A DNA stretch of 64,000 nucleotides. Origin: a virus (lineage: Duplodnaviria; Caudoviricetes). Positions within the stretch are counted from its first letter, which is position 1; each line of letters opens with the position of its first letter. Shown here piece by piece: positions 8,317 to 17,025 of the stretch. The position numbers were made by a program, and so were the translations under genes. The DNA is taken from the IMG/VR virus record IMGVR_UViG_3300031707_006565, positions 437 through 64,436 of that record; one strand, 5' to 3'. The notes under the pieces are model-generated. The model was not told the DNA's origin and did no database searches. It worked only from the letters and a program-made list of their open reading frames with translations.

Positions 8317-9969
8317 ATGTTAGCCACTACATCCCGTCCCGTATCTACCCGCAGGCTTGGCGATGCTGCCTTGCGCGGCATTAAAAAGGCAACTGCCAAA
8401 GACTTGTCATTTCTGGATTGGATCCGGGAAATCAAAATTACTTTACGTGGCATTCCTTTTAGTTTTGAAGGTCATGAATACCTGCGTGAACCTTATACCA
8501 AACATCACGATAATGAAATTTATATGAAAGCAGCCCAGGTCGGGATTTCAACCCGCAAATTATTCAAATCCCTCTGGCTTTGCGATACTCATCATGCAAA
8601 GGTAATTTATTATTTTCCGACCGATAGCGAAGTTTCCGATTTTTCCAATGACCGGGCCCGTCCCATGATTGAGGAGAACGAATATTTAAAGTCCCGTGTC
8701 CGGGGCATTGACAATGTTGGTTTAAAGCAGATGGGCGATTCGTCAATCTATTTCCGTGGTATGTTCTCCCGCACCAGGGTTAAATCGGTTGATGCCGATT
8801 ACATCATTCTTGACGAGCTTGACGAAGCCGATCAGGAAAATAAGGAATATGCCAAAGACCGGATTCTTCATTCTCGCTTAGCATGGATGAGCCAGTTATC
8901 TCAGCCCTCGATTCCTGATTTTGGTATTCATCAGGAATTTGAAGAATCGGATCAGCGCGTCTGGGCAATTCAATGCGATAAATGCAATCATTGGAATTTC
9001 TTTAATCCCAATAAACCCAATGAAGCGCTCGAGTATACCGAAAAATTTCTATATCAGAATACCTGGCATTGTACCAAATGCGGCCGTGCCTTTACCGAAC
9101 CTTTAAAGCAGGAATGGATTCCGTTAATGCCTTCTCATAAGGAAAAAAGAGGTTATCATCTAACCCAGCTCTATTCAAAAATCATTCCGATTTCTAAAAT
9201 TCTCGATGCAATCCAGAAAGCAAAAACCCGTCGTATTTTACGGGCCAGACTCTTTAATTCAATTCTCGGCATTCCTTATACCGATGAAATCCGCCAGCCG
9301 GTTACCGATGATATTATCCAGAAATCTCAGGGCGATTATGGATTTTTACCTTCTGCCCAGATGTCTTATATGGGAGTTGACGTCGGCGATATGCTACACG
9401 TTGTCATTGGTCAGGACTTTGGCAAAAACGTTCAAATCGTGCATCTTGAGGCAACCGAAGATTGGGGACGGTTAAAGACTCTAATGATGGAGTTCGGCGT
9501 CTGGCAATGTATCATCGATTTTATGCCTTATAAGCCAAGCGCAAGGAATTTTGCCCGTGAATTTCCCGAGCGGGTCGTACTTCAATACTTCAAAAATTCG
9601 CGTGAAGAAAAGGGTGATGAAATTGAGAAAAAAGAAGAGGACGAACTGCCGGTCATCCGGATCGGACGTACTGAATCACTTGACGATACGACCGACCAGA
9701 TCCGTGATGGTTCATTTATTTTTCCGAATCCTTCAAAACTCACCATCGCTCAGCTCGTCGTTTACGAATCGTTCAAAGACCACTTAAAAAAATTAATCAA
9801 GGATTTAAAAGAAGACGATAAAGGCAATCGCTGGTTCGAATACAAATTCAGAGTTCCAAATCATTTTGGCATGGCGCTCAATTCGATGCGGCTTGCCATT
9901 GCATATAATAAACTTTACGGCAGCCGATTTTACGGCGCCGGTATCGCTTACTCAAAAATAAAACCATGA
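8317..9969 (+). CDS. Terminase large subunit, GpA-like
   Basis: MKAAQVGIS, DADYIILDELDE, Zn ribbon CDKC/CTKC, nuclease MGVDVG. Confidence 0.88.
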   Translation: MLATTSRPVSTRRLGDAALRGIKKATAKDLSFLDWIREIKITLRGIPFSFEGHEYLREPYTKHHDNEIYMKAAQVGISTRKLFKSLWLCDTHHAKVIYYFPTDSEVSDFSNDRARPMIEENEYLKSRVRGIDNVGLKQMGDSSIYFRGMFSRTRVKSVDADYIILDELDEADQENKEYAKDRILHSRLAWMSQLSQPSIPDFGIHQEFEESDQRVWAIQCDKCNHWNFFNPNKPNEALEYTEKFLYQNTWHCTKCGRAFTEPLKQEWIPLMPSHKEKRGYHLTQLYSKIIPISKILDAIQKAKTRRILRARLFNSILGIPYTDEIRQPVTDDIIQKSQGDYGFLPSAQMSYMGVDVGDMLHVVIGQDFGKNVQIVHLEATEDWGRLKTLMMEFGVWQCIIDFMPYKPSARNFAREFPERVVLQYFKNSREEKGDEIEKKEEDELPVIRIGRTESLDDTTDQIRDGSFIFPNPSKLTIAQLVVYESFKDHLKKLIKDLKEDDKGNRWFEYKFRVPNHFGMALNSMRLAIAYNKLYGSRFYGAGIAYSKIKP

Positions 9970-9978
9970 ACTTTTAAT

Positions 9979-12687
9979 ATGAATATTTTTCAGAAATTAT
10001 TTTATAGATTCCAATCTTCAAAATCGGTGAAATTACCGGTTGATGCCGGTCGCATCTCCCGCGAATCATCACTCGATATTTTGAATCGTTTCCAGGGTGA
10101 CTGGGCTTTTCTTGATCCGGAAATTCCGTCCAATATTATTCAGGCAATCGAACGCTTTGCCTTAATCATTCCAGATTTATCACAGAATACAAAAAATATC
10201 ATCAATCTCGGCAATACCGGCCACGAACTTAAAGTTATTGCTGCGCAGGAAAGCACAATTAAGCAGACGGAAGACCGGCTTAATCAATTAGCCCGTACCA
10301 TCTATCCGTATGGTGGTACTGACGGACTCGTTAATAAAATGCTTTCCGACATTGCCATTTTCGGTGCGCCTTCGATTGAAGCGGTAATTCAGCCCGATTT
10401 AAAGGGCGTCAAAAAAATAATTATCGTGCCTCACCATGAAATTGTTTTTAAATACGATTCTATAGAAGACGATTATCTGCCTTATCAAAAGACCGGCAGC
10501 TCCACCCTTGATTATATTAAACTTAATCCATTGACTTATTATTATTCGCCGCTTTTTCAGCGCCGCAATTCACCGTATGCAATTCCGCCCATGCTTGCCG
10601 CCATTTCACCCTTATTAAATCAACTCTTTATGTCGGAAAATATCCGATTCGTCATGAAAAAAATCGGCTTACTCGGATTAATTCACGCCGTTCTTGCTAC
10701 CCCGCCTCGCAAGACAACCGAGACCGATGAGCAGTATCTTTCCCGGCTCAGGACTTATCTTGGTGACGTTGCGTCTGACCTCACTAAAAATTACCGTGAT
10801 GGCGTGATGATTACTTATGATGAGGTCGAGTTAAAGCATTTTGCGGTAGCATCCGACATTCGGGGCGTAAAAGATTTATTTGAATCGAACGAACAGCAGC
10901 TCGCTTCCGGCATGGGCACTGATCCGGCTATGTTGGGCAGGACTTATTCTACGACCGAAACTTATGCCGGAGTGGTTTATAATAAATTGATTCGCGAAAT
11001 CGAGAACATCCGTAGAATCGTCCGGCGCGGCATTGAAAAAATCTATCTTCTGGATCTCTGGCTTGCCGGTATACCGGTTGAAGACGTTAACGTCGAATTT
11101 AATCCCAACGCCCAGCTCAAACCTAAAGAGGAAGCCGAAATCCAGCAAATCAAGGAAACTTCCAAAACCAATCTTTACATTAATGGAGTCATAAAGCTTG
11201 ACGAAGCCCGTGAAGACCTCGGCTATCCACCTTTAGAGCCTGCTGCTAGTCAAGGCAATCAATCTCAATCCGCCCGATTCGTTTTTAAAGACGGTAAATA
11301 TATTTTAATGGGCCGCACTCACACCCGTGATAAAAAAAAAGTATCGCTAACCATCGATGAACAGAAAATCGAAAACCAACGTCTCGAATACATTGATGCC
11401 TATCTTGGGAATATTATTGAACTTGATGATTCGGTCCGCCAAGAGATTATGCAGGAATTAAAAGACCGCAATGCACAGGGTCAATTACCTTCTGACGTCG
11501 AAGGATTCGTGAACGAAGTCTATTCGACAATCACTACCCGTTATCCTGCGTTTGCCCGTGAAGCCGGTTTAGCTGATTTAGTCAAGCAGAATATCCAGAC
11601 CATTTATAAATTCTATCGACTCACTGATACTTCACTCTGGGGCGATGAAAAGCCGATTATGACCAGTCTTCAGCAGCCGGACGTCCGGGCTCAGGATTTT
11701 CTTTCCCGTCTTGACGATATCTATTTTTCCGATTACGTCCAGAATCAGGATTTTAAAAATCAGTTAACCGGTTTCCTGCGCGATACGGTTATGGAAAAAG
11801 GATTACCCGCAACCGATGCCGTCCTCGATGAATTTGGCAATGAATGGGCAAACAATTCCGACCTGCAGGTTCGCAGGATCATTGATACCGGTGTCACCCG
11901 TGTCCGCACTTTTGCCCATATCCGCCAGATGCGCCAGTCCGGAATCAAAGAACTGGAAGTTATGGAAGTAATGGACCGCATAACCTGTGCTTTGTGTCGC
12001 GAAGCCGATGGCAGAATCATTCAAGTCTCAGCAGCCGACGAAATCATTGAATCCGCTCTTGCTTTACCGGTTGATGAATTTAAAGATCGTTATATTTCAG
12101 GTTCCGCAACCGAAACTGAGATGATGTCCTCTTCACTCGCTGATCTTATCCCTCAAGGCAAGGGTTTAGCGCCATTTCATGTAATTTGTCGAGGTAGAAA
12201 CAAAGTCTATTTCCGCAAATCTTATCTTGAATACGAACAAGAATATGGTGAATTGCCCGATATTGAAAAACATTTGAATGGTGATTATCAGGATTACGGC
12301 AAAAAGATTTCATTTGAATACTCGGAAAAATCTGATGATGGCACCATCGAAAACAAAAAGACCAAACAGACCATTAAGTATAGCATTGAAAATTTCACCG
12401 GTAAAAAGATTTATCTGACTCAGGAAGGCATCCGGCACTCAACTAAAAATCATACCGACGATCAAACCCGCCAGAATGCGATTAGAATGGCTGGTTCCGT
12501 CGTAGCCAATCCGGATTCAATCAACGTCGATTCCCGGCGGGGTAACGATACTAAAGTTTATCTACGTTCGGTTCGTGGTGCCAATTATGCCGTTATAACT
12601 AAACGTTGCGGACCCGAAATAATCTGGTCTGCCTTTGAATATCAGAACAAATCTACTGCCTGGCGACAGGTCTGGCAGCGGAGATAA
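9979..12687 (+). CDS. Portal protein fused to a MuF (gp30-like) domain and a C-terminal putative BECR-fold nuclease
   Basis: Portal features (SPYAIPPMLAAI, DPAMLG, DEAREDLGYPPL); MuF D.ITCALC...APFHVICRG; C-terminal IYLTQEGIRHS.KNH...NPDSI...WSAF. Confidence 0.75.
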   Translation: MNIFQKLFYRFQSSKSVKLPVDAGRISRESSLDILNRFQGDWAFLDPEIPSNIIQAIERFALIIPDLSQNTKNIINLGNTGHELKVIAAQESTIKQTEDRLNQLARTIYPYGGTDGLVNKMLSDIAIFGAPSIEAVIQPDLKGVKKIIIVPHHEIVFKYDSIEDDYLPYQKTGSSTLDYIKLNPLTYYYSPLFQRRNSPYAIPPMLAAISPLLNQLFMSENIRFVMKKIGLLGLIHAVLATPPRKTTETDEQYLSRLRTYLGDVASDLTKNYRDGVMITYDEVELKHFAVASDIRGVKDLFESNEQQLASGMGTDPAMLGRTYSTTETYAGVVYNKLIREIENIRRIVRRGIEKIYLLDLWLAGIPVEDVNVEFNPNAQLKPKEEAEIQQIKETSKTNLYINGVIKLDEAREDLGYPPLEPAASQGNQSQSARFVFKDGKYILMGRTHTRDKKKVSLTIDEQKIENQRLEYIDAYLGNIIELDDSVRQEIMQELKDRNAQGQLPSDVEGFVNEVYSTITTRYPAFAREAGLADLVKQNIQTIYKFYRLTDTSLWGDEKPIMTSLQQPDVRAQDFLSRLDDIYFSDYVQNQDFKNQLTGFLRDTVMEKGLPATDAVLDEFGNEWANNSDLQVRRIIDTGVTRVRTFAHIRQMRQSGIKELEVMEVMDRITCALCREADGRIIQVSAADEIIESALALPVDEFKDRYISGSATETEMMSSSLADLIPQGKGLAPFHVICRGRNKVYFRKSYLEYEQEYGELPDIEKHLNGDYQDYGKKISFEYSEKSDDGTIENKKTKQTIKYSIENFTGKKIYLTQEGIRHSTKNHTDDQTRQNAIRMAGSVVANPDSINVDSRRGNDTKVYLRSVRGANYAVITKRCGPEIIWSAFEYQNKSTAWRQVWQRR

Positions 12688-12700
12688 TTTAGGAGAAATT

Positions 12701-13051
12701 ATGTCAAAAACTACTATATTAGATTTAATTTTACAAATAAAAGAAAATGGCAATACGCTCGTCAGTAAAAAAATCACGACTCAAACCGATGGAATCGAAG
12801 AATACACTACCGTTACTCAATTAATCCCACCCGGAACCGAAAACCAGGAGATTAATCTTGGCGGCGTTGAAGAAGCCAAGGTGTTATTTCTCAAAACCGA
12901 TAGCGAAATTTCGATCGTGTTGAATGACACCGCTAATACTCCAATTACCGTTACCAGGAATTTATTATTGGATGGCAAGGTCACCTCGCTCTTTATTACC
13001 AATGCCTCGCCCGATAAAACCGCCACCCTCGACATCCTCCTTGCAAAATAA
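12701..13051 (+). CDS. Beta-rich virion protein (hypothetical)
   Basis: AGGAG RBS; beta-strand-rich composition. Confidence 0.6.
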   Translation: MSKTTILDLILQIKENGNTLVSKKITTQTDGIEEYTTVTQLIPPGTENQEINLGGVEEAKVLFLKTDSEISIVLNDTANTPITVTRNLLLDGKVTSLFITNASPDKTATLDILLAK

Positions 13052-13081
13052 AGATGATCTTTTTCCTTTTCTGTCCATTAT

Positions 13082-13110
13082 GTCATTACGAGCCAAAGGC
13101 GCGGTAATCT
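13082..13110 (+). repeat. GTCATTACGAG...GTAATCT element
   Basis: Matches 396-430. Confidence 0.65.
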
Positions 13111-13123
13111 TCAGAAAATAAAT

Positions 13124-13152
13124 TTGACAAAACTTTGAATAACCAATATAAT
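13124..13152 (+). promoter_or_regulatory. Consensus sigma70 promoter of the moron
   Basis: TTGACA-17 nt-TATAAT, then AGGAGG RBS. Confidence 0.85.
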
Positions 13153-13181
13153 CTTAAAAATTTAAAAATCAGGAGGATTCT

Positions 13182-13679
13182 ATGAAATCCCAAAAAGAAA
13201 GAAAAGATATCAATCCAAATTTTCCAAATTGGTATACCGCCAATGTCATTTTATCACAAATTGTTGATGAATATACTGGCATTTTTATTAACTTTCCTAA
13301 AAATAAGTATAATAATCTAAGTACTTTGAATATAATCTTTAGCTTTATAAATCCTAATGCGTTAAGTTTGGTTCCGGAAGAAGACCGACCCAAATTTTTA
13401 GATATAACCAATGAATGGCATGGTAAAATATGGAATGAATCACATTGGGGATTTCATAAAATAGTAGAGAACTATTGCAATCAGCCAATTACCAAACTTT
13501 TATTATTAAACATGAAGAATGATATCGAACGTTCGTTATTAAATTATTTGCACACACGTGGAACGACATTCGACGACATTAAGCAATCATTAAGACAGGT
13601 ATTAGGAATTAGCGGAGATTTTAGTAATATTAAAGTTGAAATTTCATTTAAAGACAAAATAGATGAAGGAAATAGATAG
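13182..13679 (+). CDS. Moron protein, unknown function
   Basis: AT-rich; own promoter and RBS. Confidence 0.75.
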   Translation: MKSQKERKDINPNFPNWYTANVILSQIVDEYTGIFINFPKNKYNNLSTLNIIFSFINPNALSLVPEEDRPKFLDITNEWHGKIWNESHWGFHKIVENYCNQPITKLLLLNMKNDIERSLLNYLHTRGTTFDDIKQSLRQVLGISGDFSNIKVEISFKDKIDEGNR

Positions 13680-13902
13680 ATTTCATTCAGTTATTAAAGA
13701 TGAAACGTATATTCTGATTGATTTTTGTTCTATGCATCCAGTAGGAATTGTTAGCAAAGAGCATAAGGATAAAGTTAATGTAATAATAAACGCACTTAAA
13801 CAAAGCTATGGTCAAACTGTAAAAGTTGATTTATGTAATTGTGGCCAACAATTTAAACCCATTGCTTGGGCAAAATGTTTCAGTTGCAGAAAAAAAACTT
13901 GA
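13663..13902 (+). CDS. Moron protein with C-terminal CxC..CxxC
   Basis: CNCG...KCFSC. Confidence 0.6.
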   Translation: MKEIDRFHSVIKDETYILIDFCSMHPVGIVSKEHKDKVNVIINALKQSYGQTVKVDLCNCGQQFKPIAWAKCFSCRKKT

Positions 13903-13926
13903 CAAGGATTAAAAATGAAATATAAT
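13899..13926 (+). promoter_or_regulatory. Second consensus sigma70 promoter
   Basis: TTGACA-16 nt-TATAAT overlapping the stop at 13902 and the ATG at 13915. Confidence 0.55.
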
Positions 13927-14250
13927 GTCGTATTAACTTCTCGAGAATTTGAGATTATTGCCGAGGACTTTAACTTTGATCAATATCATCACAATCTTTA
14001 TGATTCCGAAACCAGGCTTGCTCTTACCCGCGAAGCATGGAAAGGCAATGTTCCATTCTATCTTCACGATGTCGGCGTTTTCAATCCCGATTATCTTAAG
14101 GCAATATCTCGAGGGTTTGTTACATCCGACCCGGTCTTTGCCATCTTTGATAAGGAAAACCTCACTTTTGCCGAAATGCTTGATGAAATCTGGAAACACG
14201 CTAAAAAATTGGTTAAGGTTAATCCCGGTGATGAGAATCCTTATGCCTGA
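13915..14250 (+). CDS. Hypothetical acidic protein
   Basis: ORF track; phage-like codon usage. Confidence 0.65.
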   Translation: MKYNVVLTSREFEIIAEDFNFDQYHHNLYDSETRLALTREAWKGNVPFYLHDVGVFNPDYLKAISRGFVTSDPVFAIFDKENLTFAEMLDEIWKHAKKLVKVNPGDENPYA

Positions 14251-14473
14251 GAAAATTAAATGCGCTCATTGCTCAAGAACGCTTTTGATTGGCGAATTAC
14301 AGGCTTGCACTTTTACTTTAAAGTGCAAACACTGCCACACGGTGAACTTAATTCAGGTTCATCCGCACATTACGATTAAAGAAGTTGCACCCGCATTAAT
14401 GGTGCGGGGTAAAGTTATGGGTATTTCATTACCCAAAGTTTCTTCTTCGGTCGAGATTATTAAGATCGAATAG
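14243..14473 (+). CDS. com: Mu Com-family zinc-finger regulator
   Basis: IKCAHCSRTLL......LKCKHCHTVN. Confidence 0.75.
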   Translation: MPEKIKCAHCSRTLLIGELQACTFTLKCKHCHTVNLIQVHPHITIKEVAPALMVRGKVMGISLPKVSSSVEIIKIE

Positions 14474-14495
14474 CTCTTTGAAAATTTGTAAATAA

Positions 14496-14521
14496 GTCAT
14501 TCCGTGCTTGACACGGAATCT
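14496..14521 (+). repeat. GTCATTCCGTG-CTTGA-CACGGAATCT REP-like palindrome
   Basis: Perfect stem ATTCCGTG/CACGGAAT. Confidence 0.75.
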
Positions 14522-14539
14522 ATAAAATCGAGGCCCAAG

Positions 14540-14573
14540 AGGCTCCAGTCCTAACCGGACTTGGAGCCTTTTT
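14540..14573 (+). terminator. Intrinsic terminator between com and the head genes
   Basis: AGGCTCCA-GTCC loop GGAC-T-TGGAGCCT followed by TTTT. Confidence 0.75.
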
Positions 14574-14601
14574 AATTTTAGACGAAAGGAGAATTAAATT
14601 T

Positions 14602-15090
14602 ATGGAATTAAAACCATCGCAAAAAAGAAAATTGCGCACGATGCCGGCCGCAGTTGAAAACGTTCCGGTTGACCTTTCTGCTATCGCTACTGCGGTTAAT
14701 GAACTAAAAACAAAATTCAATGCCGCGGTCACTCTCATCAATGAGCTTAAGACCAAGCGTAACGCTGACGTTACGTTAATCAATGAGCTCAAAACTAAAT
14801 ACAATGCGAACGTTACTCTGGTGAATGAACTTAAGACTAAATACAATGCAGTCGTTACTCTCGCTAATGGACTCAAATCCGGTCTTTCCGCCCATACCCA
14901 TGCTGAAAATGCTGCCGATAATTATGCTAAGGGTGCTACCACCGGCGCCGCATCCACAATCTCCGCTGCCGATTCCGTTGCTGCTGCTGCCACTGATGTA
15001 GTTGCTGCCGCTGCCGATGACACCGTTGCTGCTTCTGTTACCGATACGGTCGCCGTTGCCTTTACCGACATAACGATTAAAACCAAATAA
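14602..15090 (+). CDS. Coiled-coil repeat protein (head fibre/decoration-like)
   Basis: Four 14-aa repeats NELKTKYNAxVTLI; Ala/Asp/Thr-rich tail. Confidence 0.65.
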   Translation: MELKPSQKRKLRTMPAAVENVPVDLSAIATAVNELKTKFNAAVTLINELKTKRNADVTLINELKTKYNANVTLVNELKTKYNAVVTLANGLKSGLSAHTHAENAADNYAKGATTGAASTISAADSVAAAATDVVAAAADDTVAASVTDTVAVAFTDITIKTK

Positions 15091-15098
15091 GGAATGTT

Positions 15099-16526
15099 AT
15101 GACTAAATTAGCCAAATGGGATACCGCTTACATCAATTCTCTGCCGGATGCCGCTTTTGCCGTAATCGAGCCGGCATATACCCGAGGTGAAACCGAAGAC
15201 AAAAACTGTCGTCATCTTCCGCATCATTCCGACGGCGTAAAAGACGGTTCTGACTCCAATGACCACATTGACATTGACCATTTACGTAATGCCTGGCAGC
15301 GCCGAGCGCAGATCAAGCCGGTTACCGATTCGATTTCTCAGGATGAATTGATTAGCAAAGCCGAAAAACACTTAAAAAAGCACATCAAAGATTTGAAGCT
15401 CGATTGGGGCGAAGAATCAATGATCGAAATAATCCCCGGCCAGTATTCGCTTTCTAAAAATGGCATTGGTAAGATTCGCTTGATCGCACCGGTTACGAAT
15501 CGCGTTTCTCTCGAGGCTCAGCCCAATCAGGCCGCTTCACCTTCTCTGCCTCAATCCGATGCTGAATTTTTCCGCGCCCGTTTCCGCGCCCTTTCCCAAA
15601 TTTTCATCGCGGATTATGCGATTGATTTTACCCAGGAAGGCGTCTTAGAAAAATCGGTCCCGCTTCTAAAAAATCAGACTGTTTACCCAGATCATAATAC
15701 TGATATTCACAATTGGATCGGTGTAGTTGAAAATTCGTTGTGGGACAAAGAATTCTCTCCGCCGGGTGTAGATGCTGATCTAAAAATCGACCGGGCGAAT
15801 AATCTCAAAATTATCCGCGGTCTTACCTTCGAACCGCCCGCAATCCATTCCTGTTCGGTCACTATTTTCTTTACCTGGCATAAAAGTCATCCTGAATTGT
15901 CCGATGATGTGTATGACCCGGATTGCTTTTGGTGGTTACTCGGGACTGAAAAAGATGGCGAAATCGTCCGCGTTATCGTTGATGAAATTCTGCAATATGG
16001 CGAATTGTCCCTGGTCTGGCAAGGCGCTGACCCTTACGCCAAACGTAAACTCGAATCCAGGCTTAAATCATTCAAAAAAGAATTCGAAATTAAGAATTCG
16101 GAATTAAAAAATCAAAACAAAGGAGGTCAAACAATGACCGACCAAGAAATCAAAGCAATGCAGGAGGCAAATGCGACCCTGCAAAAAGAAAATCAAACAG
16201 TCAAGGCTGAAGTCGAAACGCTTAAACCAGATGCGGCTCTTGGCAAAAAACATCTTGAACAACTCCGGAAAGAAACCGAATCCATCTACCGATTACTTAA
16301 AGGAGACAAGGTCGACGAACAATTCATCAAGACCATAATTCAAACCGCATCGGCAGAAAATCTCGAAACTTTGAAGAAAGATTTCGAGGCCTCACTCGCT
16401 ACAAAAACAACTTTCACCTGTCCTCACTGTCAGAAACCGATATCCGGTTTTCGCGCTTCCAAAGAAACTCAGACTGTGTCTACCGAAAAACCGACCGAAA
16501 TCGAAGCTGCACAACATAAAGTTTAA
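15099..16526 (+). CDS. Prohead protease-scaffold fusion
   Basis: YPDHN..IHNWIG, IHSCSV, ELSLVWQGADP; coiled-coil C-terminus; position before the capsid gene. Confidence 0.7.
   Translation: MTKLAKWDTAYINSLPDAAFAVIEPAYTRGETEDKNCRHLPHHSDGVKDGSDSNDHIDIDHLRNAWQRRAQIKPVTDSISQDELISKAEKHLKKHIKDLKLDWGEESMIEIIPGQYSLSKNGIGKIRLIAPVTNRVSLEAQPNQAASPSLPQSDAEFFRARFRALSQIFIADYAIDFTQEGVLEKSVPLLKNQTVYPDHNTDIHNWIGVVENSLWDKEFSPPGVDADLKIDRANNLKIIRGLTFEPPAIHSCSVTIFFTWHKSHPELSDDVYDPDCFWWLLGTEKDGEIVRVIVDEILQYGELSLVWQGADPYAKRKLESRLKSFKKEFEIKNSELKNQNKGGQTMTDQEIKAMQEANATLQKENQTVKAEVETLKPDAALGKKHLEQLRKETESIYRLLKGDKVDEQFIKTIIQTASAENLETLKKDFEASLATKTTFTCPHCQKPISGFRASKETQTVSTEKPTEIEAAQHKV
16134..16526 (+). CDS. Nested in-frame scaffold protein (internal start)
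   Basis: Strong AAGGAGGT RBS before the internal ATG; analogous to Mu I/Z. Confidence 0.6.
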   Translation: MTDQEIKAMQEANATLQKENQTVKAEVETLKPDAALGKKHLEQLRKETESIYRLLKGDKVDEQFIKTIIQTASAENLETLKKDFEASLATKTTFTCPHCQKPISGFRASKETQTVSTEKPTEIEAAQHKV

Positions 16527-16527
16527 T

Positions 16528-16567
16528 GACTTTTAAACCTTTAAACTTTGAATTTTTAAACTTTTTA
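16528..16567 (+). repeat. Family B tandem
   Basis: TTTAAAC CTTTAAAC TTTGAAT TTTTAAAC. Confidence 0.7.
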
Positions 16568-16581
16568 ACAAGGAGATAATT

Positions 16582-16947
16582 ATGTCCCCAACAATTTCAC
16601 TCAAAGGTATCAAAGAAAATCCGACCCTATTAGCCTCATCGCTGACCCGGGGCACGGATGAAGGTAAGCCGGTGGTGATTTCTGCTAATAAAACCGCTGC
16701 TCTTGCTTCCAATGGTAACAGTTTTTATGGTATCATCGAATCCATTTCCGAAGACGCAGCAGTCTGCGTTGTCAAAACTATAGGCATCGTAACCGTTGCT
16801 TACACCGGTTCCGCCCCCACGGTCGGTTTTGGCCAACTCGCTTCGGATGGCTCGGGCGCAGTCAAATCCGGCACCGGCACAAATCCCTACTACTGGATTC
16901 TTGACGTCGATGAAACGAACGAAGCAGTCACATTCGATCTTGGATAA
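16582..16947 (+). CDS. Capsid decoration/cement protein
   Basis: Small Gly/Ala beta protein between scaffold and capsid genes. Confidence 0.65.
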   Translation: MSPTISLKGIKENPTLLASSLTRGTDEGKPVVISANKTAALASNGNSFYGIIESISEDAAVCVVKTIGIVTVAYTGSAPTVGFGQLASDGSGAVKSGTGTNPYYWILDVDETNEAVTFDLG

Positions 16948-16953
16948 TATCAA

Positions 16954-17012
16954 ATTCGCTTTTCGCTCTCCACTTTCCGCGATCCGCGGTTGGTGGTATG
17001 CGATTAGCGATT
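16954..17012 (+). repeat. 7-nt-periodic inverted repeat before the capsid RBS
   Basis: ATTCGCT TTTCGCT CTCCACT TTCCGCG atc CGCGGTT GGTGGTA TGCGATT AGCGATT. Confidence 0.7.
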
Positions 17013-17025
17013 ATAAGGAGAAACA

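Noticed and set aside
14690-14870. CRISPR-like periodic repeat
   Set aside because: 42-bp in-frame coding repeats with no unique spacers and no cas genes.
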